Source: Mobula hypostoma
Taxonomy: Eukaryota
Assembly: GCF_963921235.1 (NCBI RefSeq)
Contig: NC_086108.1
Location: 16,430,001 to 16,494,000, forward strand
Length of the DNA: 64,000 nt
Reading direction: 5' to 3'
Part shown: in pieces, positions 52,275 through 64,000 of the stretch
Position numbering within the stretch: the stretch's first letter is position 1
Layout of the letters: each line of letters begins with the position of its first letter
Translations under genes and position numbers: made by a program
Notes under the pieces: model-generated
What the model was told of the DNA's origin: nothing
Seen by the model: the letters and a program-made list of their open reading frames with translations, nothing else
Database searches by the model: none

Positions 52275-52776
52275 GTTCAAGATTCAAGATTCAAGATTCA
52301 AAAAACTTTATTGTCATTCTAACCATACATCAGCACTGCAGGGCAGAATGAGACAGCGTTCCTCAGGGGCAGTGCAATCATAACATAACAAACACAACAC
52401 TAAATAATAAACATAACAATAAATAGTAAAACACAACAGCCACATGTCAGTTAAATCAGTTATAAGTGTCCAGTGCAAGTTATAAGTGTCCAAAGCAGAG
52501 TCAGGTGGAGCAGCTATTTAGCAGTCTGACTGCCTGTGGGAGGAAGCTGTTTAGTAGCTTTGTGGTTTTAGTTTTGATGCTCTTGTAACGTTTGCCTGAT
52601 GGCAGAAGAACAAACAGTTCATGGAGAGGGTGTGAGGGGTCTTTACTGATGTACCGTGTGTTCTGGAGGCATCGAGTCTGAAAGAGGTCTTGGACGGAAG
52701 GTAGGGAGACCCCAATAACCTTCTCTGCTCCCCTAATCACCCTCTGCAAGGCTTTTTTGTTGACAGCACTGCAGCA
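52275..52776 (-). mobile_element. Rex1/Babar-type LINE 3' fragment
   Basis: KKALQRVIRGAEKVIGVSLPS..KDPSHPLHELFVLLPSGKRY; (TCTTGAA)n tail. Confidence 0.85.
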
Positions 52777-52913
52777 TATCTTCACATTTATTTAAGTTTA
52801 ATTATTAGCATTTATTTCTGCTGATTATTGATTGCTCATAGCTGTTTGCACTATTGTCTTGTAATCTGATGGTTGCTATTGTGTTGTCTGTTATAGTGTT
52901 GTCCTGTGTTTTG

Positions 52914-54783
52914 TATACTTGAAAAAGCTTTTAGTATCCTCTTTGATATTATTTGCTAATTATTTTCAAGTATATAAAGAGTAAAAGACAGGTGAGAGTG
53001 GATATAGGACTGATAGAAAATGATGCTGGAGAAATTGTAATGGGAGATAAGGAGATGGCAGCAGAGGAACTGAACAAGTATTTTGCATCAGTCTTCACTG
53101 AGGAAGACATCAGCAGTATACTGGACACTCAAGGGTGGCAGGGAAGAGAAGTGTGCCCAGTCACAATTACGACAGAGAAAGTACTCAGGAAGCTGAATAG
53201 CCTAACGGTAGATAAATCACCCAGACCGGATGGAATGCACCCTCGTGTTCTGAAGGAAGTGGCTGTGGAGATTGCGGAGGCATTAGTGATGATCTTTCAA
53301 AAGTTGATAGATTCTGGCATGGTTCCGGAGGACTGGAAGATTGCAAATGTCACTCCACTATTTAAGAAGGGGGCAAAGAAGCAAAAAGGAAATTATAGAC
53401 CTGTTAGCTTGACCTTGGTGGTTGGGAAGTTGTTGGAGTCAATTGTCAAGGATGAGGTTACGGAGTACCTGGAGGCATATGACAAGATAGGCAGAATTCA
53501 GCATGGTTTCCTTAAAGGAAAATCCTGCCTGACAAACCTATTACAATTTTTTGAGGAAATTACAAGTAGGCTAGACAAGGGAGATACAGTGGATGTTATA
53601 TATTTGGATTTTCAGAAGGCCTTTGACAAGGTGCCACACATGAGGCTACTTAACAAGATAAGAGCCCATGGAACTACAGGAAAGTTACATACGTGGATAG
53701 AGCATTGGCTGATTAGCAGGAAACAGAGAGTGGGAGTAAAGGGATCCTATTCTAGTTGGCTGCCGGTTACCAGTGGTGTTCCACAGGGGTCCGTGTGGGG
53801 CCGCTTCTTTTTACATTGTACATCAACGATTTGGATTATGGAATAGATGGCTTTGTGGCTAAGTTTGCTGATGATACGAAGATAGGTGGAGGGGCCAGTA
53901 GTGCTGAGGAAACAAAGAGTCTGCAGAGAGACTTGGATAGATTGGAGGAATGGGCAAAGAAGTGGCAATGTTGGAAAGTGTATGGTTATGTACTTTGGCA
54001 GAAGAAATAAACGGGCAGACTATTATTTAAATGGGGAGAGAATTCAAAGTTCTGAGATGCAACTGGACTTGGGAGTCCTTGTGCAGGATACCCTTAAGGT
54101 TAACCTCCAGGTTGAGTCTGTGGTGAAGAAGGCGAATGCAATGTTGGCATTCATTTCTAGAGTAATAGAGTATAGGAGCAGGGATGTGATGTTGAGGTTC
54201 TATAAGGTGCTGGTGAGACCTCACTTGGAGCACTGTGGGCAGTTTTGGTCTCCTTATTTAAGAAAGGATGTGCTGACGTTGGAGGGGGTACAGAGAAGAT
54301 TCACTAGAATGATTCTGGGAATGAGAGGGTTAACATATGAGGAACGTTTGTCCGCTCTTGGACCGTATTCCTTGAAGTTTAGAAGAATGAGGGTGGACCT
54401 CATAGAAACATTTTGAATGTTGAAAGGCATGGACAGAGTGGATGTGGCAAAGTTGTTTCCCATGATGGGGGAGTCTAGTACGAGAGGGCATGACTTAAGG
54501 ATCGAAGGGCGCCCATTCAGAACAGAGATGCGAAGACATTTTTTTAGTCAGAGGGTGGTGAATCTATGGAATTTGTTGCCACAGGTGGCAGTGGAGGCCA
54601 AGTCATTGGGTGTACTTAAGGCAGAGATTGATAGGTATCTGAGTAGCCAGGGCATCAAAGATTATGGTGAGAAGGTGGGGCAGTGGGACTAAATGGGAGA
54701 ATGGATCAGCTCATGATAAAATGGCAGAGCAGACTCGGTGGGCCAAATGGCCGACTTCTGCTCCTTTGTCTTATGGTCTTATG
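52914..54783 (+). mobile_element. 5'-truncated CR1 with a short 5' inversion
   Basis: RT ORF pieces (YLDFQKAFDKVPH, GVPQGS, FADD, RPHLEHC); TCTTATGGTCTTATG tail. Confidence 0.9.
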
Positions 54784-55710
54784 CTTGGCAGTTGGCACTG
54801 AACCACAATCAATTCTGGTACGTTCCACATACTGGCAATAGATTCTGATTCTGATTTACTACCAGAATTTGACCTCCCAAATTGTATTACATCACATTTA
54901 TCTGGACTAACGTCCATCTGCCACCCAACTTTTCAGCTAGTCCATGTCCTGCTGATCCTTAGACATCCTTCTTCACTCTAGTAACAAACCATGTGGTAGA
55001 GAAACTGTGAGGTGAGCAGCATCTGTGGGAAGGAAGAGGAGTATTGCTATTTGGTGTTGAAATCCTGTTGAGTTCCTCAGCAGATTGTTATTGTCCCAGA
55101 TACTAGCATCTGCAGTCTCAAGTATCTCCTTTTTCACTAAATATGCCATCAATTTTTGTGTGTTCTGCAAACTTAATTATCATACCCCCTTCATTCTCAT
55201 CCATGTAATTTCTATATATTACAAACAGCAAAGATTCCAGCATTCAACCCTCTGGTACACCATGTGTTACATATTTTCAGTCAGAAAAGTACTCAGCCAC
55301 TACTGCTGTCTGTATCCTAACACCCATACAGATTTGGATCCACTCTACCCGAGCAACTCAGATCCCTTGTTGGCCTCTATGTGAAGCAGTTGCAGCTTTA
55401 GAATAGTGAGGTTTTGTTATAGTGAGGCCACCTGGAATACCGTGCATGGTTTTGGTCCTAAAAATGGAATTTAGTAGCATTGGAGGCAGTCTAAAGGAGA
55501 TTGGAAAGGCTAACTCCTGAGATGAGAGAGCTGTCTTATCAAGAGAGGCTATGAAATTTGGGTCCTGATCCAGGGTTTGGACTTTTTCTCCCACAGATGT
55601 TGCTCGACCCACTGAGTTCCTTCAGAGATAGTATGTTGGGTCTGTTTATCTTGGAGTTCAGAAGAATCAGGGGTGACATTATTTAAATAAATAAGATCCT
55701 AAGAGGGCTT

Positions 55711-57160
55711 AGACCATAAGACATAGGAGCAGAATTAGGCCATTCAGCCCATCAAGTCTGCTCCACCATTCCATCATGACTGATCCTGGATCCCACTCAA
55801 CCCCTTACACCAGCTTTTCACCATAACCTTTGATGTCCTGACCAGGAAACTATCAATTTTCACTTTAAATGTACCCATGATCTTGGCCTCCATAGCTGTC
55901 TATGACAGAGCATTCCGCAGATTCATTACTCTTTGGTTAAAAAAACGTCCTCGTTACCTCTGTTCTAAAGGGTTGCCCCTCAATTTTGACGCTGTGCCTG
56001 CTAGTTCTGGACACCTCCACCATAAGAAACATCCTCTCCATATCCACCTAATTGAGTCCTTTCAACATTCGGTAGTTCGGTAGATCCCCATCCCCCAGCA
56101 TTCTTCTAAGTTCTAGAGGATACAGGCCCAAAGCTGCCAAACACTCCTCATATGTTAACTCCTTCATTCCTGGAATCATCCTCATGAACCTCCTCTGGAC
56201 TCTCTCCAATGACAACACATCCTTTCTGAGATATGGGGCCCAAATCTGCTAACAATACTGCAAATGCAGCCTGACTAGTGTCTTATAAAGCCTCAGCATT
56301 ATCTCCTTGTTTTTATATTCTATTCTTTGAAATGAATACCTACTTTCCATTTGTCCACTTTACCACAGACTCAACCTATAAATTAACGTTTTGGGAGTCT
56401 TGCACAAAGACTCTTTAAGTCCCTTTGCACCTCTGATGTTTGAATTTTCTCCCCATTTAAATAATGGTCTGCACTATTGTTCCTTTTACCAAAATGCATT
56501 GTCATATGTTTGCCAACACTGTATTCCATCTGCCACTTTTTTGCTCATTCTTCCAATTTGTCTAAGTCCTGCTGCAATCACATTGCTTCCTCGGTACTAC
56601 CTACTCCTCCACTTATCTTCATATTATCTGCAAATTTTGCCACAAAACCATCAATTGCATTATCTAAATTACTGACAAACAATGTGAAAAGTAGCAGTCC
56701 TGATGATGAACCCTGAGGAACACCACTAGTTAGCAGCCAACCAGAAAAGGCCCACTTTATTCCCATTCGCTGCCTCCTGCCTGTCAGTCATTCCTCTATC
56801 CATATTAGTATATTATGGGATTTTATCTTGTTAAGCAGCCTCATGTGTAACACCTTATCAAATGCCTTCTGAAAATCCAAGTAAGTAACATCCACTCCCT
56901 CTCCTTTGTCCACCCTGCTTCTTACTTCCTCAAAGAACTATACTGTACCTGATGTCAGGCAAGATGTCCTTTTACAGAAACCATACTGACTTTGTCTTAT
57001 TTTATTGTTAGTCTCCAAGTACCCCTAAACCTCACCATTAATAATGGACTCCAACACTTCCCTAACCACTGAAGTTAGGCTAACTAGCCTATAATTTCCT
57101 TTCTTTTACCTTCCTTCCTTCTTAAAGAGTGGAGTGATATATGCAAATTTCCAGTCCTCC
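55711..57160 (-). mobile_element. CR1 inserted into an older plus-strand CR1 (~55380-57490)
   Basis: TSD AGGGCTT at 55704-55710 and 57161-57167; GVPQGS, FADN fragments; the host element resumes after the TSD. Confidence 0.85.
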
Positions 57161-58849
57161 AGGGCTTGACAGGATGAGTGTTGGGATGTTTTCACTAGAA
57201 AAGTTACAAACAAGAGGATATAGTTACAAAATAAGGGGGCTAGTCAGTTAAAACTGAGGTGCATAGAAATTTCTCCAAGGGTGATACATTCCTGGAATTC
57301 TCTTCCCAAGGTTGGTGGATGCTATATCATTAGGTGGAGATAGATAAATATTTGAAAGTTCAAGGGATTGAGAAATGTAGGGAACTGGTACAGAAGAGGT
57401 GTTGAGGCAGCATAGGTGAGGTAAGGTCACATTGAATTGTAGGCTAAGCTTAAGAAGCCTGCTGGACTACTCCTGTTCCTGATGTTGTAATCTCAATAGC
57501 TTGATGGTTTAACTTTCCTGTTCCTGCCCCTTGAAAACAAATAAATAAAGATTAGCTTTATTTGTCACATGTACATGAAGCATTGAAATGTACAGTGAAA
57601 TGCTTTGCGTCAAATCAGATCAATGAGGATTGTGCTGGGCAGTCCAAAAGTGCCAACTTAGCATGCCCACAACTCACCTACCCTAACCACCTGCCTCTGG
57701 AACGTGGGAGAAAACTGGAATTGAAACCCTGATCAGTATTCGCTAGCACTGTAAAATGATGTGCTAACTTCTATGCTACTGTGCTATCCAATAGAACCTC
57801 ATGCAACTAACTAGTTAAAAGCTCAATGCTCCACAAATCCTCTCAGACATTGCCAAAGGTAACTTAATCTGGCATCTAAAGTTTGAATCACTAAATATAA
57901 AACTCTCTGTCCTGTTCAGCAATGCATATGTTCCATGTTGAGTCAGCTGCTACCAGTTGCTGCATGGCCCTTCTTTCTTCCTCCTCCCGAGATTCCACAC
58001 AAGCATTTCACATTTGTAGATCAGCCAAATGTAATCTATTCAACAGGAATGCTTACCTTTGTATGATAGAATATTATATGAGATGGGCTAAACCAGATTT
58101 AAATCCAAGCTATTAAACAAAGGGATTAAATGTGGCTTTGAAATTTACTCACTAACTCCAACTTTAAAAAAATCCTACTGAGCACTCTAAACCCTATGGC
58201 TTTGGCTCAAAGCAGAATAGTTTTGTACAACTTCTGAGTTCCGGAGTTCATTGAGAAAACTAATGTCTGATATTATGGTGGAATTTATGTTTACCAAATC
58301 ATCTCCATCTAAATGCCATCAACGGTTACGCAAATGCAAAATTTAGCTCCGGTAATACATTCAACTTCACAGGTTTGAAAAAGAGAAGAGTAACCTGGTT
58401 TTATTCCCCCAAGACCATGCTACTTAGAGAGGCAACAGTAAAACTCTGTTCTTTATGCACATTCAGATCTATGAATTTCTGCAACCTCAGGCTCCATGTG
58501 TGTCTGGACTGCTTTGACCACCGATGTTACTCTCAATTTCTTAGTCTCAGGATCTTTCCAGCCTATTGTTGCTACTGATTACTGTCGATCTCACAGCTTG
58601 CTACATACTGTTGCACTAGAGTGATTATTTAAGTTTTATATTCAAGAGAGATTCTGTCAGTCCACAGGAGCAGACTGACTTGCTTATATTATAGGTTTCC
58701 CCAAACTACGGGTTTTCATGGACGGCATTCTTCTCCTCACAAACGTCTTCCTGATAACCTCCTGCCAGGAGCACCTGATCGTAATTCTGAAAGTCTCTGT
58801 GAAAAAAAATACTATGCTTCCTGCAGACACTGTTCTTGAACAGCCCGTT

Positions 58850-59215
58850 CACATACTTCCAATCCAATGAGATTGTTCTCCCATATCCATCCCTTGATGA
58901 AACATCCTTTATTCAAAAACTAACCTTGAGCTCCTGCTTTTTCAGCTTCCTACCTATATTGTCTCTTCAGGACCTCATACTTTTTACTACCTATGCTGTT
59001 GGTACCAATATGTACAATGACTGCTGATTACTCATTCTCCCCAAAGAATGCCGTGGATCTGATCTGAGATGTCCCTGACCCTGGCACCTGCAATATACCA
59101 CCTAGGGGTCTTTTCAAGTCTACAGAATCTCTTGTCTGCTCTTCTAACTATTGAATCCACATCACCATCACAATCTTCTTCTCCTCTCTTCCCTTCTGAG
59201 CCACAGAGCCAGGGT
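58850..59215 (-). mobile_element. CR1 ORF1 (SGNH esterase-like) remnant; a similar plus-strand remnant lies at ~43200-43620
   Basis: DSIVRRADKRFC...GARVRDISDQIHGIL. Confidence 0.6.
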
Positions 59216-59799
59216 GTGTTAAGGCAAGGAAAGGGTAGGGATATGCAGAATAACAAGGAAGGAAATTGGAAGATTTATGTCTTGGGCATTGTGAGGATGG
59301 CAATGAGAAATTTGAATGAAATTGGTCCTCCTGAATTGTCTCAGCCCGAAACATAGACATTGCCTGGCTTGCTGAAGTCCTCCAGCGATTTGTGTGTGTT
59401 GCTTGGATTTCCAGCATCTGCAGATTTTCTCTTGTTTGGAAGTGGGAATGTTCGGGGGGGGGGCGGGGGGATAAGAGTTTCAGCTTTCTTCTGCATTCAC
59501 TGTAACAATGTAAACTCATAATTCATTTTCAGACGCAAACTATCATGAATTTTTTTTGTAATTTAAGTGATTAAAATGGTACGAACATTATACCTCATCT
59601 GCCTTATTAAAAAATAGAAACGTTGAACAAATTCCACTGGAACATTTTACAATTTGCTTAGGAGCCTCCAATGTTAACAACATAAGACTGCAAAATCGGG
59701 GTTCAATTACTACTTTGGAAATATCTGAAGGTTAGTTGGGGGTGATGTGTTTTCTGGAAGGTTAGTAAATGATGTGGATGAAGAAAGACTGTTGGGAGG

Positions 59800-60520
59800 C
59801 AAGATGCATCAGGCAAGGAAGCGGACCATTCGGGTAGAGCAGAGTCATTGCCCAGCAGCCGTCTATACCACCAGTGAGCTTCCCGCCATTTCGCCAGAGA
59901 AGACGATCACTGAGCTGTATCTGCGGAAAACCCCGCTTAGCCATGGCCCCACCTCCCTCCGTACGCCGTCGATCCTTTGCCATCTTGTATAACATGGGCA
60001 TCGGAAGAAGGCGACGAACCTGCCAGTCGATCCCAAACAGCTGATGAGCATGCGCCGGACGCCACAGGGGCCACCGGGAGCTGTAGTTTCTCTGCAGATG
60101 AAGGCAGTAGGAAAATTGAGTAGAAGGACTACGAATCCCGGCGGCCCTAGCGGCAGGCCCAATCGTTCGTCCACCACTACTACCCGCCCCCCTCCCTATC
60201 TTCTCACCGAGGCATCTGCAACGATGAGAGAGTGAAGGCAGGAAACCAGGAGCGGAGCTCGAGCAGGAAGGAAGGAAAGGAAGGGCAGGAAAGGCAGGGA
60301 GCTTATACGGTAGGGTAAGTTCAAATAGGCAGCTCTCCCCTAGGCGGAGCGGATTGGTGGGAGGAGGCCGGGAAGCTGGCAGGGGTGTGGGTACAGGTGC
60401 CAGTTGTGCTAATTATATTGTCACACTTGTCGGGAACATTTTCAGCACCTTCAACCACCCCGGAAACACCGTGTTCCCTGCACATACTAATAGTGTGGTA
60501 TGGACGGAGTGAGCGAGGTG
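59800..60520. promoter_or_regulatory. Second CpG island, bidirectional-promoter-like; gene(s) unidentified
   Basis: CpG rich. Two oppositely oriented ZNF143-type ACTAC...CCC motifs (60076-60087 minus, 60128-60140 plus); CCAAT 60159-60163; GC box 60183-60190; YY1-type motifs 59979-59987 and 59883-59891; plus-strand donor AGG|GTAAGT after 60314. Confidence 0.7.
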
Positions 60521-60807
60521 TTCCAGAGCCTGGACAAAACTTTACAACTTGTCAAACAACATTCATTCTGTTGACCACTTGCTTAAAGACAGGCCCAGTT
60601 GAATTTTCCTCGAATCTGCCCTAACCACTTGTGCCCTTGTGTGCATAAAATGACTTAGTACAATATATTTGAACTTTGGTACAGATTTCCTTCAAGTGAT
60701 GAGACATTTTATTAACTGTACTTGACCTGTGCCATTCTGTTTACCCTTGTGGTGTTTAATGTTTTATTCTGGCTCAGTAGCTTACTTTTAAGCCAAAATA
60801 TATAGTG

Positions 60808-61470
60808 GATTCTGGTTAATTGGGACCAGTACATTTTGGCCCAAATAGTTGATGTTTCATATAAATAGTTACAAAGGTGTAAAAAAGACAAACTGAGTAA
60901 CAAATTATGTATTTAAATGAAATACAGAACAAATCAGACCACTACAGTACTATAAAACTGTGTTAGTTACTAATAATTATCGGTGGAGGAATTCATCCAG
61001 TGTACACAATGAACAAACTCAGTGCAGATGCCTAGTGCAGATAATGGACTGCCTTCATACAATGTTATAGATGATAGCATTTTCCAAATCTTAGTTTTCA
61101 TTTTAACATTCAAACTGTTTTTCAATACCTTAAAATTCTTCGCAGATCCTAACTTACTGAGATAGTGGAATCATTTCATTTTCACTCCTGGCCTGAATGC
61201 TTGAAGCCACTGTGAGCAAAAGTTCTGAATTGCTTTATACTTTTTCTCAGCAACTATCAGTGACAAAAATCACTTTTTTGAACACAAACACATGCAACTG
61301 ATGCTATTCAAAAACTTTTCACTCTACACACAGTGTAGCGTCAAACGGCCACACAAGTGCGCATGACTGATGCTAGTTCGAAACTGCTTGGCAACAATTT
61401 CCTGCTCCAATTAAGTGGCACAGTGTCCCAAATAAATTAAGGAAATCCCAGCAAGTTTCTCAATTAGTGT
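60808..61470. mobile_element. Decayed DNA-transposon (Tigger-like) remnant; an inverted related end lies at 63342-63472
   Basis: AGTGGATTCTGGT terminus in both copies; 61380-61465 is approximately reverse-complementary to 63385-63472. Confidence 0.5.
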
Positions 61471-62506
61471 GTGTAAAGCATTTATCATATAAATCTCTTT
61501 TGGAATCCTGTATTCTAAAGTTCATAGAGAATACGCCCAACATAATCAATCGCTTCTTTTTGATTTGAGGATTTAGTCTTGTGAATCCGCCATTTTCATC
61601 ATTGTGAGGCATAAGATATTTCCTGCAAGGGAAGGCCAAAATTCTGAATGGGTATAATCTTGCCAAAGCTCTACTCAGTTAAAGAATCATAGAGTCATAC
61701 AGCACAGAAACAGGGCCTTTGGCCCAAAGAGTCCACATAGACATTTACACTAATCCTATATTGGAATTGGTTTATTACTGTCACGTACTGAGGTACAGTG
61801 AAAAGCTTGTTTTGCATACTGTTTGTACACATCAAAACAAAGCAGTGCATTGAGGCAAAACAATAACAGAAGGCAGAATGAAGTGCAACAGCTACAGAGA
61901 AAGTGCAGTTCAGGTAAAAGGTACAATGCAAGATAATGAGGTAGATTGTGAGGTCAGGAGTCCATCTCATCGTACTAGAGAATAATAGTCTTATATCAGT
62001 GGGGTGGAAGGTGTCGGTAGGCCTGGTGCTACATGCTTTCAGATTTTTGTGTCCTCTGCTGTCCAATGGGAGGGGGGAGAGTTCTAATTTATTCTCCCTC
62101 CCCCCCTACCGTTCTTGTCAGTTTTCCCCCGAGTCTACTGTTCACTACACATGAGGCAATTTACAGTGACCTGCCAACCTACTAATAATTGTAGCAAGAC
62201 TCTTGTATTTCATGCCCCTTGTAATAAAAGCTAATGGTTCACTTATATATAATGTGAACATTGAAGGTTGTAGAACTGATCTCTGTTGCAGCTACATGAA
62301 AATGATCTGTATATTCTGGTTTTCTTTCCATACGCCACCTTCCATGTTAGTACATTGCTGCCAAGCTTTTGAGTTCTTATTTTATGTAATTATTTTTGCT
62401 CTTCTTTTAAAAAGGAATTGGAAGGCTATGGGGGAGATGGTAGAGAAATATGCTTTCCAGAGAACCAGTGTTACTTTGAGGCTTTACTCAGATCTCATAA
62501 GACAAT

Positions 62507-62727
62507 CACAGACAAGAGAAAATCTGCGGATCGTGGAAATCTGAGCAATATACACAAAATGCTGGAGGAGCTCAGCAGGCTGGCAGCATCTATGGAGAAA
62601 AGTACAGTCAATGTTTCAGGCTGAAATCCAGTCCTACCGAAGGGTTTTGGGTCGAAACATCGGCTGTACCTTTTTCCATAGATGCTGCCTGGCCTGCTGA
62701 TTTCCTCCAGCATTTTGTGTGTGTTGC
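62507..62727. mobile_element. Palindromic mini Penelope-like insertion
   Basis: Two inverted terminal repeats back to back; 14-bp direct repeat TCTCATAAGACAAT at 62493-62506 and 62728-62741. Confidence 0.8.
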
Positions 62728-63529
62728 TCTCATAAGACAATGCTTTGTAATACAAGTCTTCTATGTGGAAGAGAATTTAAAACTTTGTTGGAATTGCTGT
62801 GTTTGTGACCCAGCCTATTGGCACTGATACAAACTTATGAAGCAGTGCACTATAATATAGAATGGATGGTGTAAGAATTTGTACTGCTTAACTGATCTGT
62901 CATTTAGTAATAACCAGAGAGCTGTAGTGATATATTTATAGGAAGCTATTCACCATGGAAAATGTTAACTGGTTTATTTATTGAGTTATACATATGTATT
63001 TACAAAGGTAAAAGTAGAAATGCTGGAAATGATTTACAAAAATGAGGCATTTGAAATAGTTTACTGCTTTTCATCCATATTGAGTGATTTGTGGCTGTGC
63101 TTAAAATGATTTGCTATTGATATGGGCCACCAGCCATAGATACAAGAGATACTGCAGATGCTGGAAGTCTTGAAGAACACACAGTCTGAAACGTCGATTG
63201 TTTATTTCCCTCATAGATGTTGCCTGACCTGTTGAATTTCCCCAGAATTTTGTATGTGCACCAACCAGTGCTCATTCTATCTCCGTCTGGTGTTGAGAAT
63301 GAGAACTACAGCAGCATTGTAATCAGGATTTCTTTTCAATACAGTGGATTCTGGTATTTAGGACAACTCTTAAAAAAACAAAATCTAATTGAGCAAATAG
63401 CTGAGATTTTCTTCATTTATTTGGGACACTATATTGCTTAATTGAGACAGGGGACTGTTGCTGAACAGTTTCAAAGGTTCAAAGTAAGTCTTATTAACTA
63501 AGTATATACCTATATATGTCACCATATAC

Positions 63530-64000
63530 CAGTGGTCCCTAATCACCGAGCTGCAAAACATGTGCTACATGTGCGAGGAAACGATATGATTTGGCGATAT
63601 GAAATGATATGAGTCAGCTGCATCTTTCCTCATTCCCTGTCACGCACTGTTGAACTTGAACATAGGGTTGCCAACTGTCCCGTAGTAGCCGGGACATCCT
63701 GTATATTGGGCTAACCGCCCTTGTCCCGTATTTCCCCTGCTAAGGTAGAGCTTTCCTATAAAACCGTTGGTAAGCCGAAATGGCGTAAAACGAAAAAGCA
63801 ATTACCATTAATTTATATGGGAAAAATTTCTGAGCATTTCCAGACCCAAAAAATAACCTACCAAATCATACCAAATAACACATAAAACTTAAAATAACAC
63901 TAACATATGGTGGAAGCAGGAATGATATGATAAATACACAGCCTATATAAAGTAGAAATAATGTATGTACAGTGTAGTTTCACTTAACAGAATCGGGAAG
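63530..64000. mobile_element. hAT-like non-autonomous element, running off the window end
   Basis: Begins CAGTGGTCCCTAA; internal TAGGGTTGCCAAC motif; the other terminus is not in the window. Confidence 0.45.

Noticed and set aside
59762..60001. Minus ORF MAKDRRRTE..RLLWRNGG looking faintly like the mammalian TOR1AIP1 N-terminus
   Set aside because: The similarity is short and from memory, there is no convincing in-frame donor, and no downstream LAP1 exon was found; not called as CDS.
60695..60790. GTGATGA as a snoRNA C box
   Set aside because: No CTGA D box or terminal stem at a suitable distance.
62413..62506. Possible plus-strand exon after a pyrimidine tract
   Set aside because: The translation is unrecognisable, it is interrupted by a Penelope-like insertion, and there is no clear donor.
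1..64000. CRISPR arrays, prokaryotic operons, tRNA or rRNA genes
   Set aside because: The sequence is vertebrate intron/exon DNA; the short tandem repeats are LINE tails, and I recognised no intact tRNA or rRNA.

Overview
Eukaryotic (vertebrate) genomic DNA. The repeat content (CR1, Rex1/Babar-type and L1 LINEs, Penelope-like elements, elasmobranch-type SINEs, Tc1/mariner/Tigger/Harbinger derivatives) suggests a cartilaginous fish, probably a ray; this is an inference. The only host protein-coding gene I can identify is the 5' part of CEP350 on the minus strand. It has a CpG-island promoter and non-coding first exon at ~48.9-49.2 kb and six phase-consistent coding exons (27151-27226, 25373-25416, 15385-15499, 12770-12938, 8984-9606, 5858-5971), and it continues past position 1. 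A second CpG island with a bidirectional-promoter signature lies at ~59.8-60.5 kb; its gene(s) are unidentified. Much of the rest is nested transposable elements. The most notable observations are: (1) a complete minimal hammerhead ribozyme from a Penelope-like tail, fused just upstream of a CR1 copy with an uninterrupted 963-codon ORF2; (2) a U_UUA_AAC slippery heptamer at that CR1's ORF1 stop, with the AUG-less ORF2 in the -1 frame; (3) uORFs from two alternative first-exon donors that terminate on or next to the CEP350 start codon; (4) a duplicated 5' splice site; (5) several fold-back or templated insertion structures. Family assignments come from motif recall, not database searches.
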